From the IMG/VR virus record IMGVR_UViG_3300025809_000005, positions 1 to 31,135 of that record: a stretch of 31,135 nucleotides of DNA; one strand, written 5' to 3'. The DNA is from a virus. Under the pieces are notes generated by a model. That model saw nothing but the letters and a program-made list of their open reading frames with translations. It had not been told where the DNA came from and did not search any database. Shown here piece by piece: positions 17,952 through 24,862 of the stretch. Each line of letters starts with the position of its first letter. Positions within the stretch are counted from its first letter, which is position 1. The position numbers were made by a program, and so were the translations under genes.

Positions 17952-18393
17952 AATGCTCGTCTCTTATTCCGAATATTATACGGATCTTACGATATTCTGT
18001 TTTTTGCGTCCATTGGTTTATATATTGTACATACCAATTATTGTAACGGTATTTTAAAGTTAGAATTTCGTCAGTATGTTTTGAGTAGTCATAACATTGA
18101 GCATCTGACATTCCTAAATTATCTGTACGCTTAGGATCGCATCTTTGTATCTTTGCAGTTTTTCTTTTTGGATCGAAATCGATAACAGTATAAGCGTGTC
18201 GATCAGTGTACATTAATTCAGTAGCTCCTTCCCCAATTACAGGTACGCTTGAATTATTAGCCATTAGCATATTAACAAAAGATCCTGAGCTTGCTCTGTA
18301 GCGTTGCTTGAAGTTTTTTGTAGGCTTAGTGATTATACGCCCTGTAGTGTTACATTTTGCGGTTGTTGTTCCGTCTTGCCAATTTAATTCCAT
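17935..18393 (-). CDS. Hypothetical protein behind early-class module E1
   Basis: 152 aa. AAGACAGACAA leader directly upstream of the ATG. Confidence 0.55.
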   Translation of the reverse strand: MELNWQDGTTTAKCNTTGRIITKPTKNFKQRYRASSGSFVNMLMANNSSVPVIGEGATELMYTDRHAYTVIDFDPKRKTAKIQRCDPKRTDNLGMSDAQCYDYSKHTDEILTLKYRYNNWYVQYINQWTQKTEYRKIRIIFGIRDEHFDFSF

Positions 18394-18460
18394 TTGTCTG
18401 TCTTTTTAAATGATACTGTAATATAATACAGATATTTTAATTATCAAAATTATTTAATAA
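18394..18460 (-). promoter_or_regulatory. Early/middle-class promoter-leader module E1
   Basis: Minus strand: TTATTAAATAATTTTGATAA-N-ATCTGTATTATATTACAG-N-AAAAAGACAGACAA-ATG. This reads as TTGATA-N16-TATATT. TAATTTTG also fits TAnnTTTG. The CTGTA-N6-TACAG palindrome (18416..18431) spans the -10-like box. Confidence 0.5.
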
Positions 18461-18676
18461 TTATTTTTGTCTCCCACATAGTGGTACGAGTTCTGTGGTA
18501 ACAGATATTCCTTTTCGGTACGTTTTCTTTTTGAAGGTCGTATCTTTGTCTAGCTCCTCTATTCTACGTCCGCAATATCCGATTGTTTCACGGTCTTTTT
18601 CTTCTAATACAACGTTCCCAATATATTTGCCGTTGTGATAATAATCTTTGCTGTATGCGAATATCTCAAATCCCAT
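18461..18676 (-). CDS. Small basic hypothetical protein
   Basis: 71 aa, 1 nt downstream of the acidic ORF. Confidence 0.5.
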   Translation of the reverse strand: MGFEIFAYSKDYYHNGKYIGNVVLEEKDRETIGYCGRRIEELDKDTTFKKKTYRKGISVTTELVPLCGRQK

Positions 18677-18677
18677 T

Positions 18678-18899
18678 TTATTCTTCTTTTAATGATTCTA
18701 AAATTTCGTGATAATTCACGTCGTTAATAAATGCTAGTGCATAGTCTTGAGCTAGTCCGTTGTCGGTTTGCTCGGTAATATGTTCTTCTAACATTTCCTT
18801 TAGTGTCTCCGGTGTGAAATATTCGTCTATTTCTAGTCCGTCGAAAAATTCTAAATTTACACGCCAAGTTTCATAATTAGTCCATCCGTTGTAAGCCAT
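18678..18899 (-). CDS. Small extremely acidic protein (DNA-mimic / anti-restriction candidate)
   Basis: 73 aa with 18 D/E versus 3 K/R. N-terminus MAYNGWTNYETWRVNLEFF. Has its own E2 promoter module. Confidence 0.5.
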   Translation of the reverse strand: MAYNGWTNYETWRVNLEFFDGLEIDEYFTPETLKEMLEEHITEQTDNGLAQDYALAFINDVNYHEILESLKEE

Positions 18900-18983
18900 T
18901 TTTTCTGTCTTTTAATAATTAATATGCTGTAATATAAAACAGATAAATGAGTTATCAAAATAATTTAATAAGTTTTTTTAAAA
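18900..18983 (-). promoter_or_regulatory. Early/middle-class promoter-leader module E2
   Basis: Minus strand: TTATTAAATTATTTTGATAA-N-ATCTGTTTTATATTACAG-N-AAAAGACAGAAAAA-ATG. Same geometry as E1 (TTGATA-N16-TATATT), with palindrome CTGT-N8-ACAG at 18927..18942. Confidence 0.5.
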
Positions 18984-20138
18984 TTATCTTACTGCATACG
19001 ATCCATAGTTAGGTCTTGACAGCTTGTTCACTATAGAGTATCTCAGGCTATCTAGTGCGTGATTATATGCGTCTATAGGTTTATTAGTTAATTGTCCGTT
19101 TTTATCTTCTATGTACTTGTAATTGCGTAATTCTTTAATTGTATTGATACTATCTTCTGTAACGTGTAGTCTGTAACGACGTACCATATCAATACCTGCA
19201 TTGATTGCTCCCTTCCACGTTGGTTTTACATTCCATCCCATCCGGTGTATTTCTTCAATACTCTTAGGTTCGGCACTATCTGCGAATATTTCGTCTCTAC
19301 GATCTAGTCCTAGCCTTTGAAATTCATTTGCTATATCCTGATTGGTCATACCTGTACGATAGATATGCTCCTTCACATACATATTGTCTCCTGCTATAAA
19401 CGTCTCTACTAAACTTGTTGGATCATTAGAGAAACCAAAGTCTAGTCCAAAAGCTATTCTCTTAGCCTCTAGTGGCACTTCTTTAATTACTTTGAAGTTG
19501 TATATCAAACTACGTGATTGTCCACGTTCTCCTAACCCATAAACTTTCCAATAATTTTCGTCTATATCCTTTAGCCTTTCGATTTCGTCCTTAATTATGT
19601 TACTAAGGAACGGATTGTCTTTATATGTAGTTTGGTAAAACTCTACGTCGTCTCTTGTTAGTACTTGGTCATATATCCAATGGAACTCGTCTGAGGGGTT
19701 GTAATCAATTATAATACGTTCGCTTGTTCTGAATATTAACTGCTGCCAATCTTCATAGTTTAATTCGTTTGCTTCGTTTATAAATAACAAATCCCTTTTA
19801 CGACCTCTAATCTTCTGCGGTTCGTCTAGGGATATAAATTCTACTCTATTGCCGTTTAGTAAATATTCATTGGAACTCTTGCTGTGATATATTTCATTGT
19901 AAAGATCATAGCCTTTTAATATATCAAAGAAGTCTCGCATTACTGTACCTCTAACAGCGGGGAATGTTTTTCTACAAATGGTTACTGTTTTGTCTTTATG
20001 CGTATTGCAGTATGACATTATAATCCATATCAGTATATTGTAAGTTTTACCGGATCTTGTTCCACCCTGTTCTACTACAATTTTTTTTTTAGATTTCTCT
20101 AGGTGTCGAAAGACTTTATTCGTCGCTACTTCCTTCAT
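18984..20138 (-). CDS. terL: Terminase large subunit (PBSX/XtmB-like)
   Basis: 384 aa. Walker A (GGTRSGKTYN), Walker B-like LLFINEANE, and a C-terminal nuclease-like region (GLDFGFSNDPT ... DSAEP ... HALDSLRY). Confidence 0.85.
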   Translation of the reverse strand: MKEVATNKVFRHLEKSKKKIVVEQGGTRSGKTYNILIWIIMSYCNTHKDKTVTICRKTFPAVRGTVMRDFFDILKGYDLYNEIYHSKSSNEYLLNGNRVEFISLDEPQKIRGRKRDLLFINEANELNYEDWQQLIFRTSERIIIDYNPSDEFHWIYDQVLTRDDVEFYQTTYKDNPFLSNIIKDEIERLKDIDENYWKVYGLGERGQSRSLIYNFKVIKEVPLEAKRIAFGLDFGFSNDPTSLVETFIAGDNMYVKEHIYRTGMTNQDIANEFQRLGLDRRDEIFADSAEPKSIEEIHRMGWNVKPTWKGAINAGIDMVRRYRLHVTEDSINTIKELRNYKYIEDKNGQLTNKPIDAYNHALDSLRYSIVNKLSRPNYGSYAVR

Positions 20139-20469
20139 CTATTATTTTTACTTGGAATAATCTCTCGCCTTCTGCTCCGGTAATTTCTTGCCTCTCAATA
20201 TAACCTCGTTTCTTACCCTTAGTCTTTAAATAGAAAATGGTAGCTGCTGTGCTACCTTCATTAATTTGTTTATGTATCTGACTTTCTACAAAGTCCAACG
20301 TGTAGTTTTCTACATCGTCTACTTCCTTTTTAAATTCAGGATCGTTTTGATAATATTTGTAAAATGTAGTACGACTGATCCCTACTTTGTTACAAGCAGT
20401 ACTAACTACCCCCAACGATTGTTCGAGGGCAGAAAGTATTTGCTTTTTTATGTGTTCACTTTTGTCCAT
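20116..20469 (-). CDS. terS: Terminase small subunit (HTH)
   Basis: 117 aa. HTH segment ACNKVGISRTTFYKYYQNDPEFKKEV. Overlaps terL by 23 nt. Confidence 0.65.
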   Translation of the reverse strand: MDKSEHIKKQILSALEQSLGVVSTACNKVGISRTTFYKYYQNDPEFKKEVDDVENYTLDFVESQIHKQINEGSTAATIFYLKTKGKKRGYIERQEITGAEGERLFQVKIIDEGSSDE

Positions 20470-20475
20470 TTATTT

Positions 20476-21048
20476 TTATAATTCTAACGGATAATTATCA
20501 AAGAGTGAAGGTTGTAAAGGGTACAACGCTCGGTGTTCTTCAATAAAAAAATCCTTTTTGGTTTTTCCTTTTCGTCTCCCTGTAGAAGTGTGAATATCAA
20601 AAGTATATTCCGGTAATTCTTCGAGGGTTTCGTTTTGATCTAAAGAGTTTAATTCGTTTTCGATTTCTTCATCTGTTATTCCAATCTTCTTATCATATAG
20701 CAAACATTGTAAATGATCCGGTTCTCTAGATTTGAGAGCAGTACATAATATAATAATCGCTTTTGATATAAATATTCTCCCTTTTATTTTATCGTCTCGT
20801 TTCTTATTCTTATTTATAAAGTCGAATGATTCTTTTAATGATTGTATCTCAGTCGTTATGATCCCGTGACAATCCTCAGCGGATATGGTTAGTAATCGTT
20901 TCCAAAGATAGTTATGGAATCCTGAAGCAACGAGTTCGTGTCCGAAATATCCCGCAAGTCGATAGTCTCCCCTTCTAATTGATTTTTGTACAACAGAGGC
21001 TACGTCTAATAAAGTATATCCCCTTTTAGTTAAAATTTGTGTTCTCAT
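20476..21048 (-). CDS. Stand-alone MgsA/RarA C-terminal-domain-like protein (no AAA+ module)
   Basis: 190 aa. SVVQKSIRRGDYRLAGYFGHELVASG..., KRLLTISAEDCHG, AIIILCTALKSRE and LPEYTFDIHTSTGRRKGK parallel the RarA C-terminal motifs (HKSIRGSD, RRLVRMASEDIG, ApKSN, vPlHLRn). Confidence 0.5.
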   Translation of the reverse strand: MRTQILTKRGYTLLDVASVVQKSIRRGDYRLAGYFGHELVASGFHNYLWKRLLTISAEDCHGIITTEIQSLKESFDFINKNKKRDDKIKGRIFISKAIIILCTALKSREPDHLQCLLYDKKIGITDEEIENELNSLDQNETLEELPEYTFDIHTSTGRRKGKTKKDFFIEEHRALYPLQPSLFDNYPLEL

Positions 21049-21113
21049 TTGTCTTGTCTTTAATTAATAATTTATACAATAAAGTTAATAAATATAAATC
21101 ATATAGAGAAATA
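21049..21113 (-). promoter_or_regulatory. Early/middle-class promoter-leader module E5 (degenerate)
   Basis: Minus strand: TTTATTAACTTTATTGTATAAATTATTAATTAAAGACAAGACAA-ATG. TGTATAAAT is extended -10-like, and the AAAGACAAGACAA leader is present. Confidence 0.35.
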
Positions 21114-21851
21114 TTATATTATTATTTTTTGTGTCCTGTCTATATTTAGTTTTAAGCTATACTTGTTTTCACGTTCAGTAATCTTTATATGCTTGCCCCA
21201 TTTGTCTTTTAGGAATTGTATTTCTTTGTTTACCGAGTCCTGATTTCTGTACAAGCTATTCCCCCCGACGTTATTGTCTCGTTTACATCCAAAAGAAAAT
21301 CTATTGTCTACCCATACAATCCGGTCTTTAAGTAAACATTGCAAGCTATAGTCTGCGTCTACTTTCGTTTTATTTATCTCAGTAAATTTGTATTTACGTC
21401 CAATGATACCTACAATCGTTCCTGTCCACGTCTTTAGATTAAACGGTTGTGTGTGATCATATTTTCTTATATCGCCTTGTACTTGGTTAAAACTAAACAT
21501 AGAGGCTCCTGCTTCTAAACAATTACTAGCACAATTATCGATAATCAAATCGATCATATCCACGTCTGTAATCTTAAACGCTTTTATATTTAACAAAGAG
21601 AAAAAACAATCGATGTCATCGTCAAACATTACGAGTATTTCGTCTTTATAATAGTCAAGTACCCAATTACGTACAGCTCCTAGACCTTTAATACTATCCG
21701 GTATCTCTACAATATCATTTGCATTGTGTACTACTGTCTTATATTTATCTACTTCGGATGTCGGTACTACTAGATCAAAATCCTTTAACACGTTATGAGT
21801 GCATATAGTGGACGATCTCCCCCTACTTAATATGATCTTCTTAATTTTCAT
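21114..21851 (-). CDS. GT-A-like glycosyltransferase candidate (DxD)
   Basis: 245 aa. IKGLGAVRNWVLDYYKDEILVMFDDDID resembles the GT-A G-x-ArN ... DxD core. Start overlaps the ParB gene by 11 nt. Confidence 0.4.
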   Translation of the reverse strand: MKIKKIILSRGRSSTICTHNVLKDFDLVVPTSEVDKYKTVVHNANDIVEIPDSIKGLGAVRNWVLDYYKDEILVMFDDDIDCFFSLLNIKAFKITDVDMIDLIIDNCASNCLEAGASMFSFNQVQGDIRKYDHTQPFNLKTWTGTIVGIIGRKYKFTEINKTKVDADYSLQCLLKDRIVWVDNRFSFGCKRDNNVGGNSLYRNQDSVNKEIQFLKDKWGKHIKITERENKYSLKLNIDRTQKIII

Positions 21852-22449
21852 TTTTAAGCAATTTAAGGAGTACGTCAGAGCTTATAACACGTCCTAGTCC
21901 TAGTTTCTTTGTTTTAGGACTGAGTGATACTCTTTGTTTTTCTAATCCTAATTGCGATATTGCCTGTACCCAATCGTTACTATTGTTGAATATGAATACT
22001 AAATAATCGTGGTGTTCATTAAATTTGAGATCCATATCCCTAACAATTTCCCCTTTTTCTTTTTCATCTACTTTATCAGATTCTTCAAAGTACAATACGT
22101 TTAGTCCATAGTCTGCTAACGTGTCTAGCTCATACTCCTGACTTAATACATCGTAATCCCAATTACCAAAGCTAACGTTGTCTTTAATAACAAATTCTTT
22201 TTTTTCTTCTTCAGTCCACCCTTCCATATCGTCTACCCATATCTCAGTATGACCTAAGTGCTTATGAGCTTTCAATCTCATATTCCCACCCTGTACTATC
22301 ATATTTTCGTCTACAATAATTGGTCTTACTTCCATCATTTTTGGAAACTCCTTAATACTGTTTACTAGCTTCTCAAATTGAAATCCTTTTATCGTTCTAG
22401 GATTGTCCGGATTCTCTTTTATTTGATCTATAGGTACTAAACGCTTCAT
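21841..22449 (-). CDS. ParB/Srx N-terminal-domain protein
   Basis: 202 aa. VPIDQIKENPDNPRTI ... LVNSIKEF ... PIIVDENMIVQGGNMRLKAHKHLG is a ParBc pattern. The following FVIKDNVSFGNWDYDVL resembles the linker seen in ParB-methylase fusions. Confidence 0.65.
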   Translation of the reverse strand: MKRLVPIDQIKENPDNPRTIKGFQFEKLVNSIKEFPKMMEVRPIIVDENMIVQGGNMRLKAHKHLGHTEIWVDDMEGWTEEEKKEFVIKDNVSFGNWDYDVLSQEYELDTLADYGLNVLYFEESDKVDEKEKGEIVRDMDLKFNEHHDYLVFIFNNSNDWVQAISQLGLEKQRVSLSPKTKKLGLGRVISSDVLLKLLKNEN

Positions 22450-22461
22450 ATATATAACGAT
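22450..22461 (-). promoter_or_regulatory. Late-type CGTTATATAT box abutting the ParB ATG (partial motif)
   Basis: Minus strand: TAAATCGTTATATAT-ATG. The upstream ATACAAAAT element is absent at N13. Confidence 0.25.
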
Positions 22462-22893
22462 TTAATCTTTTAACTTTATTTCTTCTTTTTCTTTTACGTC
22501 AATTTCATACATAAGATTGACAATTTTCTCTAGTCTTACAATATGGCGTTCACTTAGATTTTTAATATTTTGTTTTATTAAAGTCCTTTTATGTACTAAC
22601 GGATCCTGAGACGGTGCAACTTCATCAATCCAATAATTGATTTCTTTGTTATACATCCGGTATGTCTCAAAATTTTCAATAGCATACAAAGCTGTAGCGT
22701 GATCATACGGCTTCCCTTTCGATTTAAAATATCTAGCTATTCCATTAAACGTAAAATTCAAATTGTTTCTTAGCAAAAAAGCCAATGTGGCTCGAACATC
22801 GATATACTCTCTTTTTCTAGTATGACGAAATGGATTCAAGCCACTTAACTCTTGAAGCTGCTCACTAATTAGATCTGCTTCTTTTATTCTCAT
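22462..22893 (-). CDS. DnaA domain-IV-like DNA-binding protein
   Basis: 143 aa. RKREYIDVRATLAFLLRNNLNFTFNGIARYFKSKGKPYDHATALYAIENFE parallels the DnaA C-terminus (SRxxxiv.aRqiAMYL.r.lt..S...IG..FggrDHtTVlhA..ki). Confidence 0.55.
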   Translation of the reverse strand: MRIKEADLISEQLQELSGLNPFRHTRKREYIDVRATLAFLLRNNLNFTFNGIARYFKSKGKPYDHATALYAIENFETYRMYNKEINYWIDEVAPSQDPLVHKRTLIKQNIKNLSERHIVRLEKIVNLMYEIDVKEKEEIKLKD

Positions 22894-22899
22894 AGTCTA

Positions 22900-23646
22900 T
22901 TATAAATTTTTGTAAAATTCTACTACTGTGTTTTTAAACCAATAGGCAAAACTTTCGTCTCCATCCGGTAACGGATCTTTATTGACGCTTAAATGATTTG
23001 AAGATGCTAATTGAAATGCTTTTAACATTCCGTATCTATCTTCTTTGTAATTCATTATTAATTTTGCTGCGTGTCTTAATACTTGTGCAGGCATCCTTCT
23101 TTTTCCATATCTGCTAACTAAAGTCGAAATAGTTTCGCATAGATCGTCTGAAAATTCTTTATTGATAAATTTTAAATTTCCTGATTTTATAGACGGATGT
23201 CCCCTTTCAATTCCATCGTAACAAGTAGCTACAACGCCATTTGATAACGTCTTTTGGTAATTAATCATTTGATTACGTAAGTGCATATACTCCGGTATCT
23301 TTTTATCTGACCAAGATTTTACATAATCATACAGCGTCCATTGTTTGTTATGAGCGTTCAAATCGATAATAAAAGACTGTATATCTTCAAAGTCGCTATC
23401 GATCCAATCAATTACAGAACAAGGTACTTGAGCAATTTTATGCAATTTCAACGCCTGTACTCGGTGCTGTCCTTCTACTGCATAATATTTGTTTTTCTTT
23501 TTCACTACTTTAATAGTGTCTGCAAATCCGTTTTCGGATATTAGGTTGTACATCTTCTGTACGTGGCTTTCAGAAACTTCTCGGTTCCCTTCTACAAAGT
23601 TAATTGAAGTAATTGGTAGTACTTCGGTGTGTGATACATTGATCAT
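22900..23646 (-). CDS. ParB/Srx-fold protein with DGQHR-type motif (EGQHR)
   Basis: 248 aa. LPITSINFVEGNREVSESHVQKMYNLISENGF ... YYAVEGQHRVQALKL, followed by a helical C-terminal domain. Confidence 0.55.
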   Translation of the reverse strand: MINVSHTEVLPITSINFVEGNREVSESHVQKMYNLISENGFADTIKVVKKKNKYYAVEGQHRVQALKLHKIAQVPCSVIDWIDSDFEDIQSFIIDLNAHNKQWTLYDYVKSWSDKKIPEYMHLRNQMINYQKTLSNGVVATCYDGIERGHPSIKSGNLKFINKEFSDDLCETISTLVSRYGKRRMPAQVLRHAAKLIMNYKEDRYGMLKAFQLASSNHLSVNKDPLPDGDESFAYWFKNTVVEFYKNL

Positions 23647-23713
23647 AATATTTGAGGCTCTTAACCCCTTGTTTTGATACGCCTACTCTATTTGCTTTTC
23701 GGCTGCCGCAATT

Positions 23714-24487
23714 TTATAAAGTATCTTCGAGATAGTAGCTGTCTACGTCTAGCCCATCCACAAAAAATGCTTCGTATGTTTCTATAGCTTTCGCTACAGT
23801 TTCTTCTCCTGAGAAATAAAATTCTTCTGAGCAATGATATATTCCAATATCTAAACTGCTTTTGTCTAATGCAATAAAAGTAAAGTCTTTAGGATCTACA
23901 TTAAATAGATTACAGTATATATAACATTGAGCGTTATACAGATATTTTTTTGCACTATATCGAAATGCTCGGATGTCAGTTGTTGTTTTTAAATCGACAA
24001 TAGTAGTCCCGCATAATACATCTGCTTTCCCTCTGAATGGATAACCCATTATATTCCCTATGCTAGGTACTTCGAATTGACAATTAGTTATGTAACTTTT
24101 AGCAGTTTCGTTTTTATAAAAAGCGTCTGCTAATCTTTCTGCGTCTCTTTTTTCTTTTTTAGTGAATACTTTGCCGTGTTCTTCTTTTGCTAATTTATAC
24201 GCTTTAGAATTTTTAGATTCAACGTCTACAAATATTTGAGATGCAAATACATCCGGTTCTAGTATTGCTGTGTGAAATAGCCATCCGTCTCTTAATGCTT
24301 GACTTTCTGCTGATCCGTATTGAGTAACGTATTTATAAGTCTTAGGACTTGACGTTAATAATTTAATTGAGCTACTGCTTAATGCTGTCTTGCTTAGGTA
24401 ACCATAGTAAAATTCATCGGACATCATATTGTCTAATAATTCTTTTTTGTCCCATTCCTTGCTGTCTAATAATTTAATTGTCTCCAT
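23714..24487 (-). CDS. RecE-like PD-(D/E)XK exonuclease (DUF3799-like)
   Basis: 257 aa. GWLFHTAILEPDVF, GKADVLCGTTIVDLKTT and YNAQCYIY match the exodeoxyribonuclease VIII PDDEXK-like pattern. Confidence 0.6.
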   Translation of the reverse strand: METIKLLDSKEWDKKELLDNMMSDEFYYGYLSKTALSSSSIKLLTSSPKTYKYVTQYGSAESQALRDGWLFHTAILEPDVFASQIFVDVESKNSKAYKLAKEEHGKVFTKKEKRDAERLADAFYKNETAKSYITNCQFEVPSIGNIMGYPFRGKADVLCGTTIVDLKTTTDIRAFRYSAKKYLYNAQCYIYCNLFNVDPKDFTFIALDKSSLDIGIYHCSEEFYFSGEETVAKAIETYEAFFVDGLDVDSYYLEDTL

Positions 24488-24689
24488 ATAATTTGTATAA
24501 TAATTGCTTTAATATTTTTTTATTTGTTATTACGCCTCGATTATTATTCGGCAAGTCATACATAACATACCATTTACCATTCCTTGTCTTATCACTATCA
24601 CAAGATAGTATATCTCCTTTAGTATAGTTGTAATAGAAATCATAGTCGTTCTTAACGAATCCTAGTTCTATTAGTAGTTCTTCTGTCAT
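24474..24689 (-). CDS. Hypothetical protein
   Basis: 71 aa, overlapping the start of the exonuclease gene. Confidence 0.5.
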   Translation of the reverse strand: MTEELLIELGFVKNDYDFYYNYTKGDILSCDSDKTRNGKWYVMYDLPNNNRGVITNKKILKQLLYKLYGDN

Positions 24690-24694
24690 ATTGT

Positions 24695-24862
24695 TTACTC
24701 GTCAAAAAATTCATTAACTGCTTCTGTCCCCCAACTTGCCGCTAAGGTTATTTTCCTTAACAGGTCTACATACTCTGTAAAGTCTATGTCTGAATGGTCT
24801 ACTTCTACCGAATACTTATACTCATACTGTTCTATTGTTATTCTGTATGGTTGTTTTTTCAT
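24695..24862 (-). CDS. Small ORF (55 aa), not in the track
   Basis: Hand translation: MKKQPYRITIEQYEYKYSVEVDHSDIDFTEYVDLLRKITLAASWGTEAVNEFFDE. ATGA overlap with the upstream ORF. It fills a 169-nt gap. Confidence 0.45.
   Translation of the reverse strand: MKKQPYRITIEQYEYKYSVEVDHSDIDFTEYVDLLRKITLAASWGTEAVNEFFDE

Noticed and set aside
20081-20090. A10 homopolymer (T10 on the plus strand) near the 5' end of terL as a slippage or phase-variation site
   Set aside because: It encodes the Lys run in EKSKKKIVV and the reading frame is intact. Similar A8-A9 Lys runs occur in other genes (around 15984 and 26873), as expected in an AT-rich genome. There is no alternative-frame ORF of note.
20476-23646. 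Calling the ParB/GT cluster a DNA base-hypermodification pathway outright
   Set aside because: No thymidylate-synthase-like hydroxymethylase, TET/JBP, nucleotide kinase, aGPT-Pplase or queuosine-pathway gene is present anywhere in the 31-kb genome. It is kept only as a hypothesis in the findings.
23647-23713. G/C-enriched intergenic stretch containing CGGCAGCCG and TTGC...GCAA, considered as a terminator or small RNA
   Set aside because: The palindromes have 1-nt or oversized loops that cannot form stable hairpins. No T-run follows and no conserved promoter motif is present. It could be a protein-binding site, but nothing supports a specific call.
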